Below, piece after piece: positions 8,049 through 17,417 of a DNA stretch of 64,000 nt. The stretch covers positions 181 through 64,180 of the forward strand of contig CASGAQ010000007.1 in assembly GCA_949299535.1 (NCBI GenBank), written 5' to 3'. The DNA comes from an uncultured Eubacteriales bacterium. Lineage in GTDB: Bacteria; Bacillota; Clostridia; Oscillospirales; CAG-272. The notes below the pieces were generated by a model. That model did not search any database, was not told the origin of the DNA, and saw nothing but the letters and a program-made list of their open reading frames with translations. The position numbers were made by a program, and so were the translations under genes. Each line of letters begins with the position of its first letter. Position 1 is the first letter of the stretch.

Positions 8049-10457
8049 TCACCGCTTCTTCTTTTTTATGCGGTAAACGCATACGCTCATGTCGTCCGCT
8101 TTTTTTCCCGCGTATGCGGCATCCGAGATGATTGCGTCCGCCATGCTCCTTACGTCAAGACGCCATTCATGCTCCAAAAACTCGGCTATCCTGAAAAGTC
8201 CGGCTCCGCCGTCCTGCTCCCCGTCTCCGCCTACTCCGTCAGAGCACATCACGATAACGTCGCCGTCGCAGAGCGAAAACTCCGTCACCTCCGCACTCAC
8301 CTCCGGCAAAATGCCGACGGGAATAGTGCCCGAAGCTATTTTATAAACGCTTCCGCGCCGAGCGATATATGAGGCAGCGGCTCCGCTTTTGGTAAAAGAC
8401 GCCGTGCCGCGTATAAGGTCTATCTCAAGCAGGTCGACGGTCGAAAAACATTCGTTGTTTTTGCTTGAGATAAACATATTGAGCATATCCAAAGTGGTAG
8501 ACCTGCTGTTTCCGCAGGAGAGCAGTTCTTCCAGAAACGTCTTGCATATGCCGGAAGTAAAGCCCGCTTCGCTGCCGCTGCCCATTCCGTCGCATATAAA
8601 GCCGTAGAAGATATCGTCGTGAGATTCCGTGACGCCCACAGCGTCGCCGCAAACAGTCTCTCCCCGTTTTGCCATTTGTCTTCCTGCGTACTCGACTTCG
8701 AACAGCCGCGCGCTTTCAAGCGTCATCGAAACGATATCTCCCTCAAGTGAGTATTGCGGCATGGTAAAAATCCCACCGCAGATATCAGAGCACAATGCGC
8801 GTATATCATACGCGCCGATACCGGAGCGAAGAAGGTCGCGCCCCACCGCGACTATATATTTTTTTCTGCCGCCGCAGACGGCTATGCTTTCCGCGGAGAT
8901 GCCCGCCGCGTCGAACGCGCGCGCAAGACGCTCGGTAAGGCGGCGGTCTACCTCGTATGCTCTGTCGTGCTTCGGCACCGTGTCCGCGATTATCTTTGCC
9001 GCCGCGCCGTAATCGAAAGCGAATATGCGCGCCTTGTCATGCTCTCCGCTCTCTCGCAAAAGCCTTGCGGCGCGTTCGTTTATCTCTGCGGAAAGCTGCT
9101 CTTTTTTTGTGCATTCAAAGTCGATATCCACAGCGTTCTTCGTCGTTTTTTCTCCCGACATTATGCATAACGCCATGTTATGCGCGATATCGTCCGCTGT
9201 CTGACGCGAGCAGCATTCGCCCGCCTCCGGACAATCCGAGCAGTACTCACGAAAAACCTCCCGGCACATATCCGACATCTTGCCGCGATCCGGCAGGCAA
9301 AATTCCGCCGACATATTTTTTATCACTCCGGAAAGAGAAGAGAGCATTCCCGCACGCTTTTCCGCGCGCCTTTCTTTTTCCTCATCGCGCTTTTTCATGA
9401 GGATCGTCCTCATGCAAAGTCTGCTCTGCGTACCGCCCTCGCCGAATGATATGCGCGGCAGTATATCTATCTTCGCCGCTGTCGTCATCAGCACGGCGCC
9501 GACAAGCACTTCCGGCAAAAACGAGAGCACGCCGTCAATTCCCTTGGAATACAGTCCTCCGCTTACGGTGATACCAAGAGAGATAAGCGAGGCGACGACA
9601 GGAGAAAGCTCGTAAAATATTCCCGCCGCCAGTCCGGAAAAGGCAAATATCACCGCATAATCCCCTCCTGCGGCAAGTCCGACAAGAAGCCCTGTTACGG
9701 CTCCTTTCGCTCCGTCTCCGGAAAACGCCGCAAACAGCATTAGCATATACGCGGCCGTCACACCGAGCGAAACGGTAAAAACATATACTTCGGCAAGCGA
9801 ATATACAAAGCAAAAAACAAAAGCGGATTTTCCCGCGGCGGCAGCTCCCGTATTTTTAAAGCTCATATCCTGTGCAAAGTAAAAAAGAAAAGTGAAAAGC
9901 AGAGCCGCTACGGCACAAAAAAGTCCTGCCAAAACATCATATACCGTCCTGCCTGAAACAGCTCTTATAAACGCCCACACGGCTCCCGAACAAACGGCGG
10001 CAAACGCGCGGCAGTAAAGCTCGTCCCTGAGTATAAATTTTTCGAAAAATCCTTCACCGCCGTCGTCCGCCTGCATGAAAGCGCGTCTTTTTCCGAGAAA
10101 GAGAAAATATCTCACCGCACAGGCGGCAACGCAAAGCGCTACGGGAATATAAAGGTCTGCCGACTCATATGATACGGCAAGCCTCAAAAAAGCTCCCAGC
10201 ACAAAGCACAGAACATATTTCTCTGCGGAGCAGACCAGAGCCGGAGCAAGCGGATATGTATCAAACGGGAATTTTGTTCCCGAAAACAAAAAGCTTATGA
10301 AAACTGCAAAAACAGCTCGGAAAGCGCTCCTCAGAAAATTTGAGAGCGATCCCTTTTTTCTTTTGCCGACGCGCGCAAACGCCTCTGTACGAATATTTTC
10401 CGTCATTCTTTCGTCCGTCATTTTTCGAATCCTTCCCGCTTTATTTTTCCTTTTCAA
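8049..10457 (-). CDS. spoIIE: stage II sporulation protein E (membrane PP2C phosphatase)
   Basis: The 802-aa protein has a polytopic N-terminal half of about 330 aa. Its C-terminal PP2C-like domain contains CGDAVGV and FICDGMGSGSEA. Confidence 0.85.
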   Translation of the reverse strand: MKRKNKAGRIRKMTDERMTENIRTEAFARVGKRKKGSLSNFLRSAFRAVFAVFISFLFSGTKFPFDTYPLAPALVCSAEKYVLCFVLGAFLRLAVSYESADLYIPVALCVAACAVRYFLFLGKRRAFMQADDGGEGFFEKFILRDELYCRAFAAVCSGAVWAFIRAVSGRTVYDVLAGLFCAVAALLFTFLFYFAQDMSFKNTGAAAAGKSAFVFCFVYSLAEVYVFTVSLGVTAAYMLMLFAAFSGDGAKGAVTGLLVGLAAGGDYAVIFAFSGLAAGIFYELSPVVASLISLGITVSGGLYSKGIDGVLSFLPEVLVGAVLMTTAAKIDILPRISFGEGGTQSRLCMRTILMKKRDEEKERRAEKRAGMLSSLSGVIKNMSAEFCLPDRGKMSDMCREVFREYCSDCPEAGECCSRQTADDIAHNMALCIMSGEKTTKNAVDIDFECTKKEQLSAEINERAARLLRESGEHDKARIFAFDYGAAAKIIADTVPKHDRAYEVDRRLTERLARAFDAAGISAESIAVCGGRKKYIVAVGRDLLRSGIGAYDIRALCSDICGGIFTMPQYSLEGDIVSMTLESARLFEVEYAGRQMAKRGETVCGDAVGVTESHDDIFYGFICDGMGSGSEAGFTSGICKTFLEELLSCGNSRSTTLDMLNMFISSKNNECFSTVDLLEIDLIRGTASFTKSGAAASYIARRGSVYKIASGTIPVGILPEVSAEVTEFSLCDGDVIVMCSDGVGGDGEQDGGAGLFRIAEFLEHEWRLDVRSMADAIISDAAYAGKKADDMSVCVYRIKKKKR

Positions 10458-10666
10458 ACACGAGCCTCACCCGCTTTTGAAATATTATTATATAAATTCT
10501 CCATGGATTCATTATATCGCGCCTACGGTACGCAGCGTGTCAAACCGGGTATATCGCAAAAAAAATGTTTTTCTCGATTTTTGCCGATTTAACACGCTCC
10601 GCAGTTTATTTTTGAGACAGATTTGTTTTTTTGCCGTTTTTTACCCGACGGTTTTCATAAAAACGC

Positions 10667-11737
10667 CTACGCCGCCATGGGAATTGAGCGCAAATTCATT
10701 TTGGAAAGCATATTTTCTATCAGTATCCCGTAACCGCGCGTTGGATCCGATATCATAACGTGAGTAACCGCGCCCACAAGCGCTTCGTCCTGTATTATAG
10801 GACTGCCGCTCATGCCTTGAACTATGCCGCCTGTCTTGGCAAGAAGTTCTTTGTCTGTTATCTCCACTATGAAGTTTTTCTGTTCGCCGCTCTCGTCTAT
10901 GGCGGAAATATTAACCTCGTACTTTTGCCGTCCGCTCCCATCAACCGTTGTGAAAATATACGCTTTTCCCTCATGGATATGACCTCTGCCGCACGCCGTA
11001 TAAAGTTCGCCGCGCAGAGAATCGTCAACCTCGGAAAGCGCGCCGAAAACTCCGGCATGGCTGTTGCTTATTATCTTGCCCGTCTTTCTGCCGGAAAAAT
11101 ATCCTCTCAGCTCTCCGGGGGCGCCGTTTTTCCCCTTGATGATATCCGTAAGCTCTACCTGTTCGCAGGATCCGTATGAGACAGGTATAAGCTCACCCGA
11201 ATCCGCGTCGCATATCCCGTGTCCGAGCCCTGCAAAAATGCCGGTGGAGGGGTCTATGAACGTGATAGTGCCTATGCCTGCCGCGTTGTCGCGCGCAAGA
11301 ACTCCTATCTTATAAACGCCGCTGCCGTCGGCAACGGGGCATATATCCACGGTCTTTTCCTTGCCGCCGCGCTTTATCTGTACGGAGATAACTTTTCCCT
11401 GACTTCGCTCCACCGCCTCGCAAAGCGCTTTTGCGCTTCCGATATGCTTGCCGCCGACCGAAAGGATTATATCTCCTTTGCGAAGTCCCGCTTCAAAAGC
11501 CGGAGAGTTCATTTCTTCGCCGGAACCGACTTTTGTAAGATTGACGATTATAACACCGTCCGTATGGAGCCTGACGCCGAACGGCACTCCCGCCGCAATG
11601 AGTGTCTGACCTTCCGCAGACGCGGCAGACGATCCGTTTTCATCAAAAGCCGCGCCTACCGCCGAAAAACTCATCACGATAACGGCAAAAACCGCTGCCG
11701 CAAAAAACATGGCTGCCGATTTTTTTGTTTTTGACAT
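10667..11737 (-). CDS. spoIVB: SpoIVB peptidase (S55 family, PDZ domain)
   Basis: A signal anchor follows MSKTKK. The PDZ region contains GDIILSVGG and the serine-protease motif is GMSGSPII. The track ORF (to 11995) has an implausible 86-aa extension, so the start was moved to the ATG at 11737. Confidence 0.8.
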   Translation of the reverse strand: MSKTKKSAAMFFAAAVFAVIVMSFSAVGAAFDENGSSAASAEGQTLIAAGVPFGVRLHTDGVIIVNLTKVGSGEEMNSPAFEAGLRKGDIILSVGGKHIGSAKALCEAVERSQGKVISVQIKRGGKEKTVDICPVADGSGVYKIGVLARDNAAGIGTITFIDPSTGIFAGLGHGICDADSGELIPVSYGSCEQVELTDIIKGKNGAPGELRGYFSGRKTGKIISNSHAGVFGALSEVDDSLRGELYTACGRGHIHEGKAYIFTTVDGSGRQKYEVNISAIDESGEQKNFIVEITDKELLAKTGGIVQGMSGSPIIQDEALVGAVTHVMISDPTRGYGILIENMLSKMNLRSIPMAA

Positions 11738-11952
11738 ATTTTTCGCTTTCAAGGCGGCTTTTCCGTTTTTGCATTTCACACCACCGCCGCCGAATGATGC
11801 GGGACGTTTTTTGCGTCCGCTCTTAATTTGCAACATTACGGAATTTTTATGTGTAACAATTTTTCGCAAATATGAAACAATTTTTTTGTTTTTTATTGTT
11901 ATGATGGCGCAAACGTGATATAATATTATATTATATTTATCTATCGAGCTAT

Positions 11953-11981
11953 TTGACAAAATTTTATAAATTTTGTTTATA
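11953..11981 (+). promoter_or_regulatory. candidate sigma-A promoter for metY
   Basis: TTGACA is followed by a 17-nt spacer and a weak -10 (TTTATA). The site lies about 40 nt upstream of the metY ATG. Confidence 0.3.
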
Positions 11982-12018
11982 CCGACTATCCACAAAGTTC
12001 AAGGAGGAAATATAAAAA

Positions 12019-13299
12019 ATGAAAGACGTAAATATCGAGACAAAATGCATACAAGCCGGTTATGTTCCCGGAAACGGCGAGCCCAGACAAATACCGATAA
12101 TCCAGAGCACCACATTCAAATACGATACGAGCGAAGATATGGGCAAGCTCTTCGACCTTGAAGCGAGCGGATATTTCTATTCCCGTCTTCAAAACCCGAC
12201 AAACGATTATGTTGCAGCTAAAATAGCCGCGCTTGAAGGCGGCACGGCGGCAATGCTCACCTCCTCCGGTCAGGCAGCGAACTTCTACGCCGTTTTCAAT
12301 ATCGCTTCCAGCGGCGACCATGTCGTTGCCGTTTCCACGATATACGGCGGCACATACAATCTTTTCGCCGTGACTATGAAGCGCATGGGCGTTGATTTCA
12401 CATTCGTTTCCCCCTACTGCACGGACGAAGAACTCGAAGCCGCTTTCCGTCCCAACACAAAAGCCGTTTTCGGTGAGACTATCGCCAACCCCGCTCTCGT
12501 AGTTCTTGACATAGAGCGATTTGCCGGCGCCGCTCACGCCCACGGCGTTCCGCTCATAATCGACAACACTTTTGCCACACCCATACTCTGCACCCCGTTC
12601 AAGTTCGGCGCGGATATCGTAACGCACTCCACTACAAAATATATGGACGGTCACGGCGCCGGCGTCGGCGGATGTATCGTCGACAGCGGTAAATTCGACT
12701 GGACAAAATATCCCGACAAATTCCCCGGACTCTGCACGCCCGACGAAAGCTATCACGGCGTAGTCTACACGGAGCGCTTTGGACTTGGCGGAGCATACAT
12801 CACAAAAGCAACTGCTCAGCTCATGCGCGACCTCGGCTCCATTCAGTCGCCTCAGAACGCTTTCATTCTCAACCTCGGTCTTGAAAGCCTGCACCTCCGC
12901 ATGGAACGCCACTGTGCAAATGCAAAGAAGATAGCCGAATACCTCTCTTCAAACGAAAACGTATCATGGGTAAAATACAGTGCTCTCCCCACTGATAAAG
13001 ACTACGCTCTGGCACAGAAATACCTTCCCAAAGGCTCCTGCGGCGTAGTAAGCTTCGGTGTAAAAGGCGGCAGAAAAGCTGCCGAAGCATTTATGAAGAA
13101 GCTTAAACTCGCTTCCATAGAAACTCATGTCGCGGACGCGCGCACATGCTGTCTGCACCCTGCAAGCGCAACTCACCGTCAGATGAACGATGAAGAACTC
13201 GTTGCGGCAGGCGTTTCCGCTGATCTCGTAAGACTTTCCGTTGGTCTTGAAAACGCGGACGACCTTATCGCAGACCTTGACCAGGCGCTTAAAGCTTAA
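12019..13299 (+). CDS. metY: O-acetylhomoserine (thiol)-lyase / sulfhydrylase, PLP-dependent
   Basis: The 426-aa protein belongs to the Cys/Met-metabolism PLP family, with the lysine motif HSTTKYMDGHG. An AAGGAGG RBS precedes the start. Confidence 0.85.
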   Translation: MKDVNIETKCIQAGYVPGNGEPRQIPIIQSTTFKYDTSEDMGKLFDLEASGYFYSRLQNPTNDYVAAKIAALEGGTAAMLTSSGQAANFYAVFNIASSGDHVVAVSTIYGGTYNLFAVTMKRMGVDFTFVSPYCTDEELEAAFRPNTKAVFGETIANPALVVLDIERFAGAAHAHGVPLIIDNTFATPILCTPFKFGADIVTHSTTKYMDGHGAGVGGCIVDSGKFDWTKYPDKFPGLCTPDESYHGVVYTERFGLGGAYITKATAQLMRDLGSIQSPQNAFILNLGLESLHLRMERHCANAKKIAEYLSSNENVSWVKYSALPTDKDYALAQKYLPKGSCGVVSFGVKGGRKAAEAFMKKLKLASIETHVADARTCCLHPASATHRQMNDEELVAAGVSADLVRLSVGLENADDLIADLDQALKA

Positions 13300-13342
13300 A
13301 TCACACCGTATTTTGAAATTCTGAAAAAGAATATGATCAAAT

Positions 13343-13385
13343 AAAAAAATAACAGGCGCAAATTAATTTGCGCCTGTTATTTTTT
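13343..13385. terminator. bidirectional terminator between convergent metY and the thioesterase gene
   Basis: The hairpin AACAGGCGCAAATTAATTTGCGCCTGTT is flanked by an A-run and a T-run. Confidence 0.85.
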
Positions 13386-13387
13386 AT

Positions 13388-14116
13388 TTATGCATCGTAA
13401 GTTTTATAGAGTTTTATGATAGCTCGGATATCGCCGTTATCGTCTTTTACCGTCACAAAATTAGCTTCATCAGTTTCGGAGTAACAGCACTTGACTGTCT
13501 CGCCGTATTTTATCGCCTGACGGTATTCTATCTCAAATTCACAGCTCTCATCTTTCGCATACACCTCATCCGGAAGCACAAGCTCGGCAAGGTCAAGATA
13601 GAAAACATTGTTCATGTGATCGTTTACATCTATGAAGTTGCGCTCCACGGTAAAATCTTTTTCTCTGATATACTCCTGAGGCGCGGCGATCTTGGATATC
13701 CACGGTTTTTCAAAGTTTCGGTGTTCGCGCTCGCTTCCGTATCTTGCAACAGCTTCAGGGTCTGCGCGTTCGATATGCTTCGTGAGCGCATTCGTGCGCG
13801 CCCAGTTCGAAAGCGCCGTTACGCACACCTCGCCCTGCTCGCTGCATATCTCGAACTCGCGGCAGGCGGAAGCGCCGCGCATCTCCCTGCTCCATGTACG
13901 TACTCTTATTCTGTCCTCTATTTCCGGACGCTTATGTACGCGCACATGATAAGCCGTGAGAAACCAGCGAATAGGACTTGTTTTTATGCTTTCGCCGGCA
14001 AGCGCGCCGTGTATGCACGCCGTATTTTCAAAAAATTTGAGCATCGATGTATTTGAAAGAGCCATTTCCTTGTTGATGTCGCTGTAACCTACATAAACTT
14101 TTTCTTCGACAACCAT
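13388..14116 (-). CDS. acyl-ACP thioesterase family protein
   Basis: The 242-aa protein has a double hot-dog layout. The motif DVNDHMNNVFY is typical of FatA/B-like bacterial thioesterases. Confidence 0.7.
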   Translation of the reverse strand: MVVEEKVYVGYSDINKEMALSNTSMLKFFENTACIHGALAGESIKTSPIRWFLTAYHVRVHKRPEIEDRIRVRTWSREMRGASACREFEICSEQGEVCVTALSNWARTNALTKHIERADPEAVARYGSEREHRNFEKPWISKIAAPQEYIREKDFTVERNFIDVNDHMNNVFYLDLAELVLPDEVYAKDESCEFEIEYRQAIKYGETVKCCYSETDEANFVTVKDDNGDIRAIIKLYKTYDA

Positions 14117-14130
14117 TTATATAACCTCCT

Positions 14131-14700
14131 TTAAAAATTTATAACTCCCAAATGCTCAAGAAGGATTTTAAGTCCCATAATGATGAGGATTATCCCTCCC
14201 GCAAGTTCCGCTTTCGCTTTATACTTAGCTCCGAAAACGTTGCCTATCTTCACTCCCGCGGCGGAAAGAGCGAACGTGATAACTCCTATGAATATAACTG
14301 CCGGCACAATATTTACATCAGGCATGAATCCGAACGTCACGCCGACGGCAAGAGCGTCTATACTCGTCGCCACAGCCATCGGAAGCATTGCGCGCGGCCC
14401 GAATGAAGCGCTGCACGCCTCCGCTTCCCCTGTAACGGCTTCGCGTATCATGTTGGCGCCGATGAGCGAAAGCAGAATGAACGCTATCCAGTGGTCAAAT
14501 TTTGTGATATAGCGTTCAAACTGTCTGCCCAAAAAATATCCGGCAAGCGGCATAAGCCCCTGAAACGCACCGAAGTAAAGTCCGACTGTCACCATATGCC
14601 TGAATTTCAACTTGCTGACGGAAAGACCCTTGCATATTGCGACCGCAAAGGCGTCCATTGAAAGTCCCGCGGCGATGATGAAGAGTTCCAAGGTCGTCAT
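14131..14700 (-). CDS. mntP: manganese efflux pump MntP
   Basis: The sequence [21 protein letters not shown] is repeated internally as [13 protein letters not shown] chose the ATG at 14700 because it lies 8 nt after GGAGG. Confidence 0.85.
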   Translation of the reverse strand: MTTLELFIIAAGLSMDAFAVAICKGLSVSKLKFRHMVTVGLYFGAFQGLMPLAGYFLGRQFERYITKFDHWIAFILLSLIGANMIREAVTGEAEACSASFGPRAMLPMAVATSIDALAVGVTFGFMPDVNIVPAVIFIGVITFALSAAGVKIGNVFGAKYKAKAELAGGIILIIMGLKILLEHLGVINF

Positions 14701-14777
14701 TTTTACTTCCTCCAAAAACCGATTTTTATTTTATTTATCTGTAAAACATCAAATTTTTATGTTCTGTATTTTACAAT

Positions 14778-14813
14778 AAAAAAAGACTTGCCTGCCTTTA
14801 CGGCAGATAAGTC
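14778..14813 (-). terminator. intrinsic terminator inside the mntP 5' leader (attenuator)
   Basis: The minus strand reads GACTTATCTGCC GTAAA GGCAGGCAAGTC followed by TTTTTTT. It lies about 80 nt upstream of the mntP start. Confidence 0.6.
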
Positions 14814-14908
14814 CCGCCGTTAAAGATGATACCGAAAAAATTTTTTCCGGCAAGCTTTATTTCGGAGCATCTCTGAAAAATGCGCCGAACGACGCCTTAT
14901 TTCTGTAT

Positions 14909-14937
14909 ATTTTACCATATTGCCGCACCTTTGTCAA
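14909..14937 (-). promoter_or_regulatory. sigma-A type promoter for the mntP leader
   Basis: On the minus strand TTGACA is followed by 17 nt and TAAAAT. Confidence 0.6.
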
Positions 14938-15001
14938 GCATTCGCGGTGAAAACAGTCAAAGTCTTATTCTTATTTCCGCAAACTATTTGAATATTGCGT
15001 G

Positions 15002-15030
15002 TTGCTTTTAAAGCGGTTTTGTGATACAAT
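15002..15030 (+). promoter_or_regulatory. candidate promoter for the gtrA-like operon
   Basis: TTGCTT is followed by 17 nt and TACAAT, with a TG-extended -10 (TGATACAAT). Confidence 0.45.
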
Positions 15031-15085
15031 TAAATTCAACTTGAGATATATTTGAGAAAAACATACCTTATTCTCGACATATATT

Positions 15086-15544
15086 GTGAGAGGTGTATTG
15101 ATAATGAATTTTTTGAAGAAAGAAAATTTTTGGGAATTTCTGCGATATGCCGTCGTGGGCGGTATCGCGGCGCTAATCGATATGGGCGTGAACTATGCCA
15201 TGCTTTACATTATTCTCGGCGCAACGGGCGAGGATTCGTGGCAGGTCGCCGTTTCCGTAACGGCAGGATTTATCGTCGGATTGACGGTCAATTTCATTCT
15301 TTCGAACATATTCGTTTTCCGCAAGTCGGAACAGCAGAAAAAAGGCAAGACATTCAAAGCCTTTGTCATATATGTCATCGTCGGCGTTATCGGATACGGA
15401 CTTACCGTCGGACTCACGCTTCTGGGCACACTGGTAACGGGCGAATCCGGCTTTCTCTATCTGGTACTCACCTGCTTTGTAAAATGTGTCGTGCTTGTTT
15501 GGAACTACATAGGCAGAAAGATACTTGTTTACCGTGGTCAATGA
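15086..15544 (+). CDS. GtrA family membrane protein
   Basis: The 152-aa protein has 4 TM helices. Its N terminus, FLRYAVVGGIAALIDMGVNY, is typical of GtrA-like proteins. Confidence 0.8.
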   Translation: MRGVLIMNFLKKENFWEFLRYAVVGGIAALIDMGVNYAMLYIILGATGEDSWQVAVSVTAGFIVGLTVNFILSNIFVFRKSEQQKKGKTFKAFVIYVIVGVIGYGLTVGLTLLGTLVTGESGFLYLVLTCFVKCVVLVWNYIGRKILVYRGQ

Positions 15545-15665
15545 CAAAACCGTTTTTTGTCCCTCCGCAGATCATTACAACGGCAATTTGTTTTTTAAAT
15601 CAACACAATAAAGAATATAAAAATAATAAATTTAAATAATATATAAAAAGCAAGAGGAGATTATC

Positions 15666-17225
15666 ATGGAAAATAAAAAGACCGCTATAATAATCGGTGC
15701 TGGTCCCGCCGGTCTTTGCGCCGCATACAAGCTTCTTACCGAAACGGACATAGTTCCGATAATTCTTGAAGAATCCGAATTTATCGGCGGTATCTCACGA
15801 ACCATCGAACACAACGGCAACAGAATGGATATAGGCGGTCACCGCTTTTTTTCCAAAAGCGAGGAAGTAAACGAGTTTTGGGCTAAGTTTATGCCCACAC
15901 AGGGCGCGCCGTCCAAAGACGACATAATCCTCGGAACCAAAGACAAGCCTCTTGCCGAAAACGGTCCCGATCCCGAAAAAGAAGACAAAGTAATGCTTGT
16001 CCGCAACCGCGTTTCACGCATATACTTCCTTAAAAAATTCTTCGACTATCCCATAAGCCTCAAATTCCAAACTTTTAAAAATATGGGATTTTCCCGCACA
16101 ATGAGGGCGGGATTCGGATATGTCAAATCCGCGCTCTTCAAAAAAGAAGAGGACTCTCTCCGCAATTTCTATATAAACCGCTTCGGAAAGCCTCTTTACG
16201 AAATGTTTTTTGAGGACTACACCGAGAAAGTATGGGGCAGAAATCCCGCAAATATCGACCCGTCATGGGGCGCACAGCGAGTTAAGGGACTTTCGCTCAC
16301 AAAAGCCGTTCTCTCCGTTATAACAAAGCCGTTCAAGAAAAAAGACGGCAATGTCGAGACTTCTCTCATAGAGCAGTATGTCTATCCTAAAAAAGGTCCC
16401 GGTCAGCTCTGGGAGACGGTCGCCGAGGAAATAGAAAAGCTCGGCGGAAGCATAATCAAAAACTGCTCCGTAAAGACGCTTGAAACGAACGGCAGCGAAA
16501 TACTCTCCGTAGGTGTTATCCGCGGCGGCAAAGAAGAAACCATGAAAGCGGATTATTACTTCTCCACAATGCCGATAAAAGACCTTATAGACGGCATGGG
16601 AAGTACAGTTCCCTCCGACGTTCATGACATAGCCGTAAATCTCCCCTACCGCGACTTTATTACCGTCGGACTTCTTGTAAACAAGCTCAAGATAAAGAAC
16701 GAAACAAAGATAAAAACAGTCGGTAATATCGTTCCGGACTGTTGGATATACATTCAGGAACGCGATGTAAAGATAGGCAGACTCCAGATATTCAACAACT
16801 GGTCGCCGTACATGGTAGAAGATTTTGAAAACAAGGTTTGGATAGGTCTTGAATACTTCTGCAACGAAGGCGACGAGCTTTGGAACATGGAAGACAAAGC
16901 GTTTATAGATTTTGCCTCCGACGAGCTTGCAAAGATAGGCATAATCGACAAAGATGATATCCTTGACAGCGTTCGCGCCAAAGTTAAGAAGGCTTATCCC
17001 GCTTACTTCGGAACATATTCCGAGTTCGACAAAGTAAAAAATTACCTCGACGGTATCGGAAATCTCTGGTGCATAGGCAGAAACGGTCAGCACAGATACA
17101 ACAACATGGATCACTCCATGATGACAGCTTTCGAAGCCGTCCGCGCGCTCAAGAGAGGCGACACTTCACGCAAAGCTGTTTGGAACGTCAATACCGAAAA
17201 AGAATATCACGAAGAGAAAAAATGA
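15666..17225 (+). CDS. NAD(P)/FAD-dependent oxidoreductase (amine-oxidase / UDP-galactopyranose-mutase-like fold)
   Basis: The 519-aa protein has an N-terminal dinucleotide-binding motif [10 protein letters not shown]. It lies immediately downstream of the gtrA-like gene. Confidence 0.6.
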   Translation: MENKKTAIIIGAGPAGLCAAYKLLTETDIVPIILEESEFIGGISRTIEHNGNRMDIGGHRFFSKSEEVNEFWAKFMPTQGAPSKDDIILGTKDKPLAENGPDPEKEDKVMLVRNRVSRIYFLKKFFDYPISLKFQTFKNMGFSRTMRAGFGYVKSALFKKEEDSLRNFYINRFGKPLYEMFFEDYTEKVWGRNPANIDPSWGAQRVKGLSLTKAVLSVITKPFKKKDGNVETSLIEQYVYPKKGPGQLWETVAEEIEKLGGSIIKNCSVKTLETNGSEILSVGVIRGGKEETMKADYYFSTMPIKDLIDGMGSTVPSDVHDIAVNLPYRDFITVGLLVNKLKIKNETKIKTVGNIVPDCWIYIQERDVKIGRLQIFNNWSPYMVEDFENKVWIGLEYFCNEGDELWNMEDKAFIDFASDELAKIGIIDKDDILDSVRAKVKKAYPAYFGTYSEFDKVKNYLDGIGNLWCIGRNGQHRYNNMDHSMMTAFEAVRALKRGDTSRKAVWNVNTEKEYHEEKK

Positions 17226-17231
17226 GCTTCT

Positions 17232-17262
17232 GCGCCGCCATACAGGCGGCGTTTCTCTTTAT
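17232..17262 (+). terminator. terminator after the oxidoreductase gene
   Basis: The hairpin GCGCCGCC ATACA GGCGGCG is followed by a T-rich tract. Confidence 0.6.
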
Positions 17263-17417
17263 CTTTACGCATTGTTTAATATATTGAAATCAGGCGCTGT
17301 TTTTTGTTACAAAAAACAAATAAATAGTACTTGAAAGTAATGCCGCTTATGGTATATACTATACACGTAAAGACAAATTGCTGTTCCTTGGAAAATATTA
17401 AGATAACGGAGAAAATT

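Noticed and set aside
10458-10666. I looked for Spo0A boxes upstream of spoIIE.
   Set aside because: Only a single one-mismatch match to TGTCGAA is present (TGTCAAA near 10541). That is too weak to call without comparative data.
11738-12018. I looked for an S-box (SAM) riboswitch or a T-box leader upstream of metY, and likewise upstream of cysK.
   Set aside because: The region is too short and too AT-rich. It lacks the conserved S-box or T-box sequence blocks and has no leader terminator. metY starts about 40 nt after the candidate promoter.
15052-15639. Alternative-frame ORFs overlap real genes on the same strand: 15052-15639 over the gtrA-like gene, 49242-49820 over the ABC-2 permease, and 5744-6073 over potB.
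   Set aside because: The overlapping frames have no family signatures. The chosen frames show clear membrane-protein or Walker motifs.
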